DNA of 64,000 nucleotides. Source: Ginglymostoma cirratum (lineage: Eukaryota). Location of the stretch: contig JAHRHZ010000020.1 of the NCBI GenBank assembly GCA_024137785.1, positions 54,761,049 to 54,825,048 of the forward strand, written 5' to 3'. Below the pieces are notes generated by a model that saw nothing but the letters and a program-made list of their open reading frames with translations, did no database searches and was not told the origin of the DNA. Both the position numbers and the translations under genes were made by a program. This document shows positions 63,450 through 64,000 of the stretch, piece after piece (within the stretch, counting starts at the first letter, position 1; every line of letters begins with the position of its first letter).

Positions 63450-64000
63450 ATATAGACAGGATGGTTAAAAGGTGTCTAACATTGCTCAGTCCTTCGAACA
63501 TAGGAGTTGAGATGTCCTTTTGCGGTTGTACAGGGCATTGGTGAGGCCTCTTCTGGAGTACCATGTCCAGTTCTGGTCGCCCTGTTATAGGAAGGATATT
63601 ATTAAGCTGGAGAGGGTTCAGAAGAGATTTACCAGGATGTTGCCAGGTCTAGAAGGTTTCAGTTGTAAAGAAAGGCTGGATAGGCTGAGGCTTTTTTCAC
63701 TAGACCATAAGACATTGAGAGGTAACCTTATAGGGATTTATGAAATCATGGGCATAGATAGGGACAATGGTAGATGTCTTTTCTTTAGGATGGGAGATTT
63801 CAAGACTCGGTGCATATTTTTAAGGTCAGTGGAGACGGATTTAAATAAGACATGAGGGGTAATTCCTCACCTCCCTCCACCACAGAGTGCTCATTTGTGG
63901 AATGAACTTCTGGAAGAAGTGGTGGATGTGGGTACAATTACAACACTGAAAAGACATTTGGATAAATACATGAATAAGAAATGTTTGGAGGGATATGGGC
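63450..64000 (+). mobile_element. CR1 ORF2 3' fragment
   Basis: LYRALVRPLLEYHVQFWSPCYRKDIIKLERVQKRFTRMLPGL. Confidence 0.92.

Overview
Repeat-rich vertebrate genomic DNA. The repeat content (HE1-type SINEs, CR1/HER1-type LINEs, Neptune-type Penelope elements) suggests a shark or other elasmobranch; this is inferred. One protein-coding gene is supported: the last 12 coding exons of a V-ATPase V0 a-subunit gene, most like ATP6V0A4, on the minus strand (59904 down to the stop at 37541). The exons total 1692 nt in one continuous frame (563 aa plus stop), and the 5' part lies beyond the window end. Two of its 11 visible introns use GC-AG donors. The rest is mostly transposon debris (CR1, L2, Rex/Babar, tRNA-SINEs, a Gmr1-type Gypsy relic, Penelope-like elements) plus a 400-N gap. 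The most unusual signal is a family of short Penelope-terminus mini-elements carrying minimal hammerhead-ribozyme motifs. Several are fold-back palindromes with 10-14 bp target-site duplications. One appears to have co-inserted a ~350 bp copy of nearby genomic DNA, and one sits at the likely branch point of an ATP6V0A4 intron. All calls were made by eye and no database searches were run.
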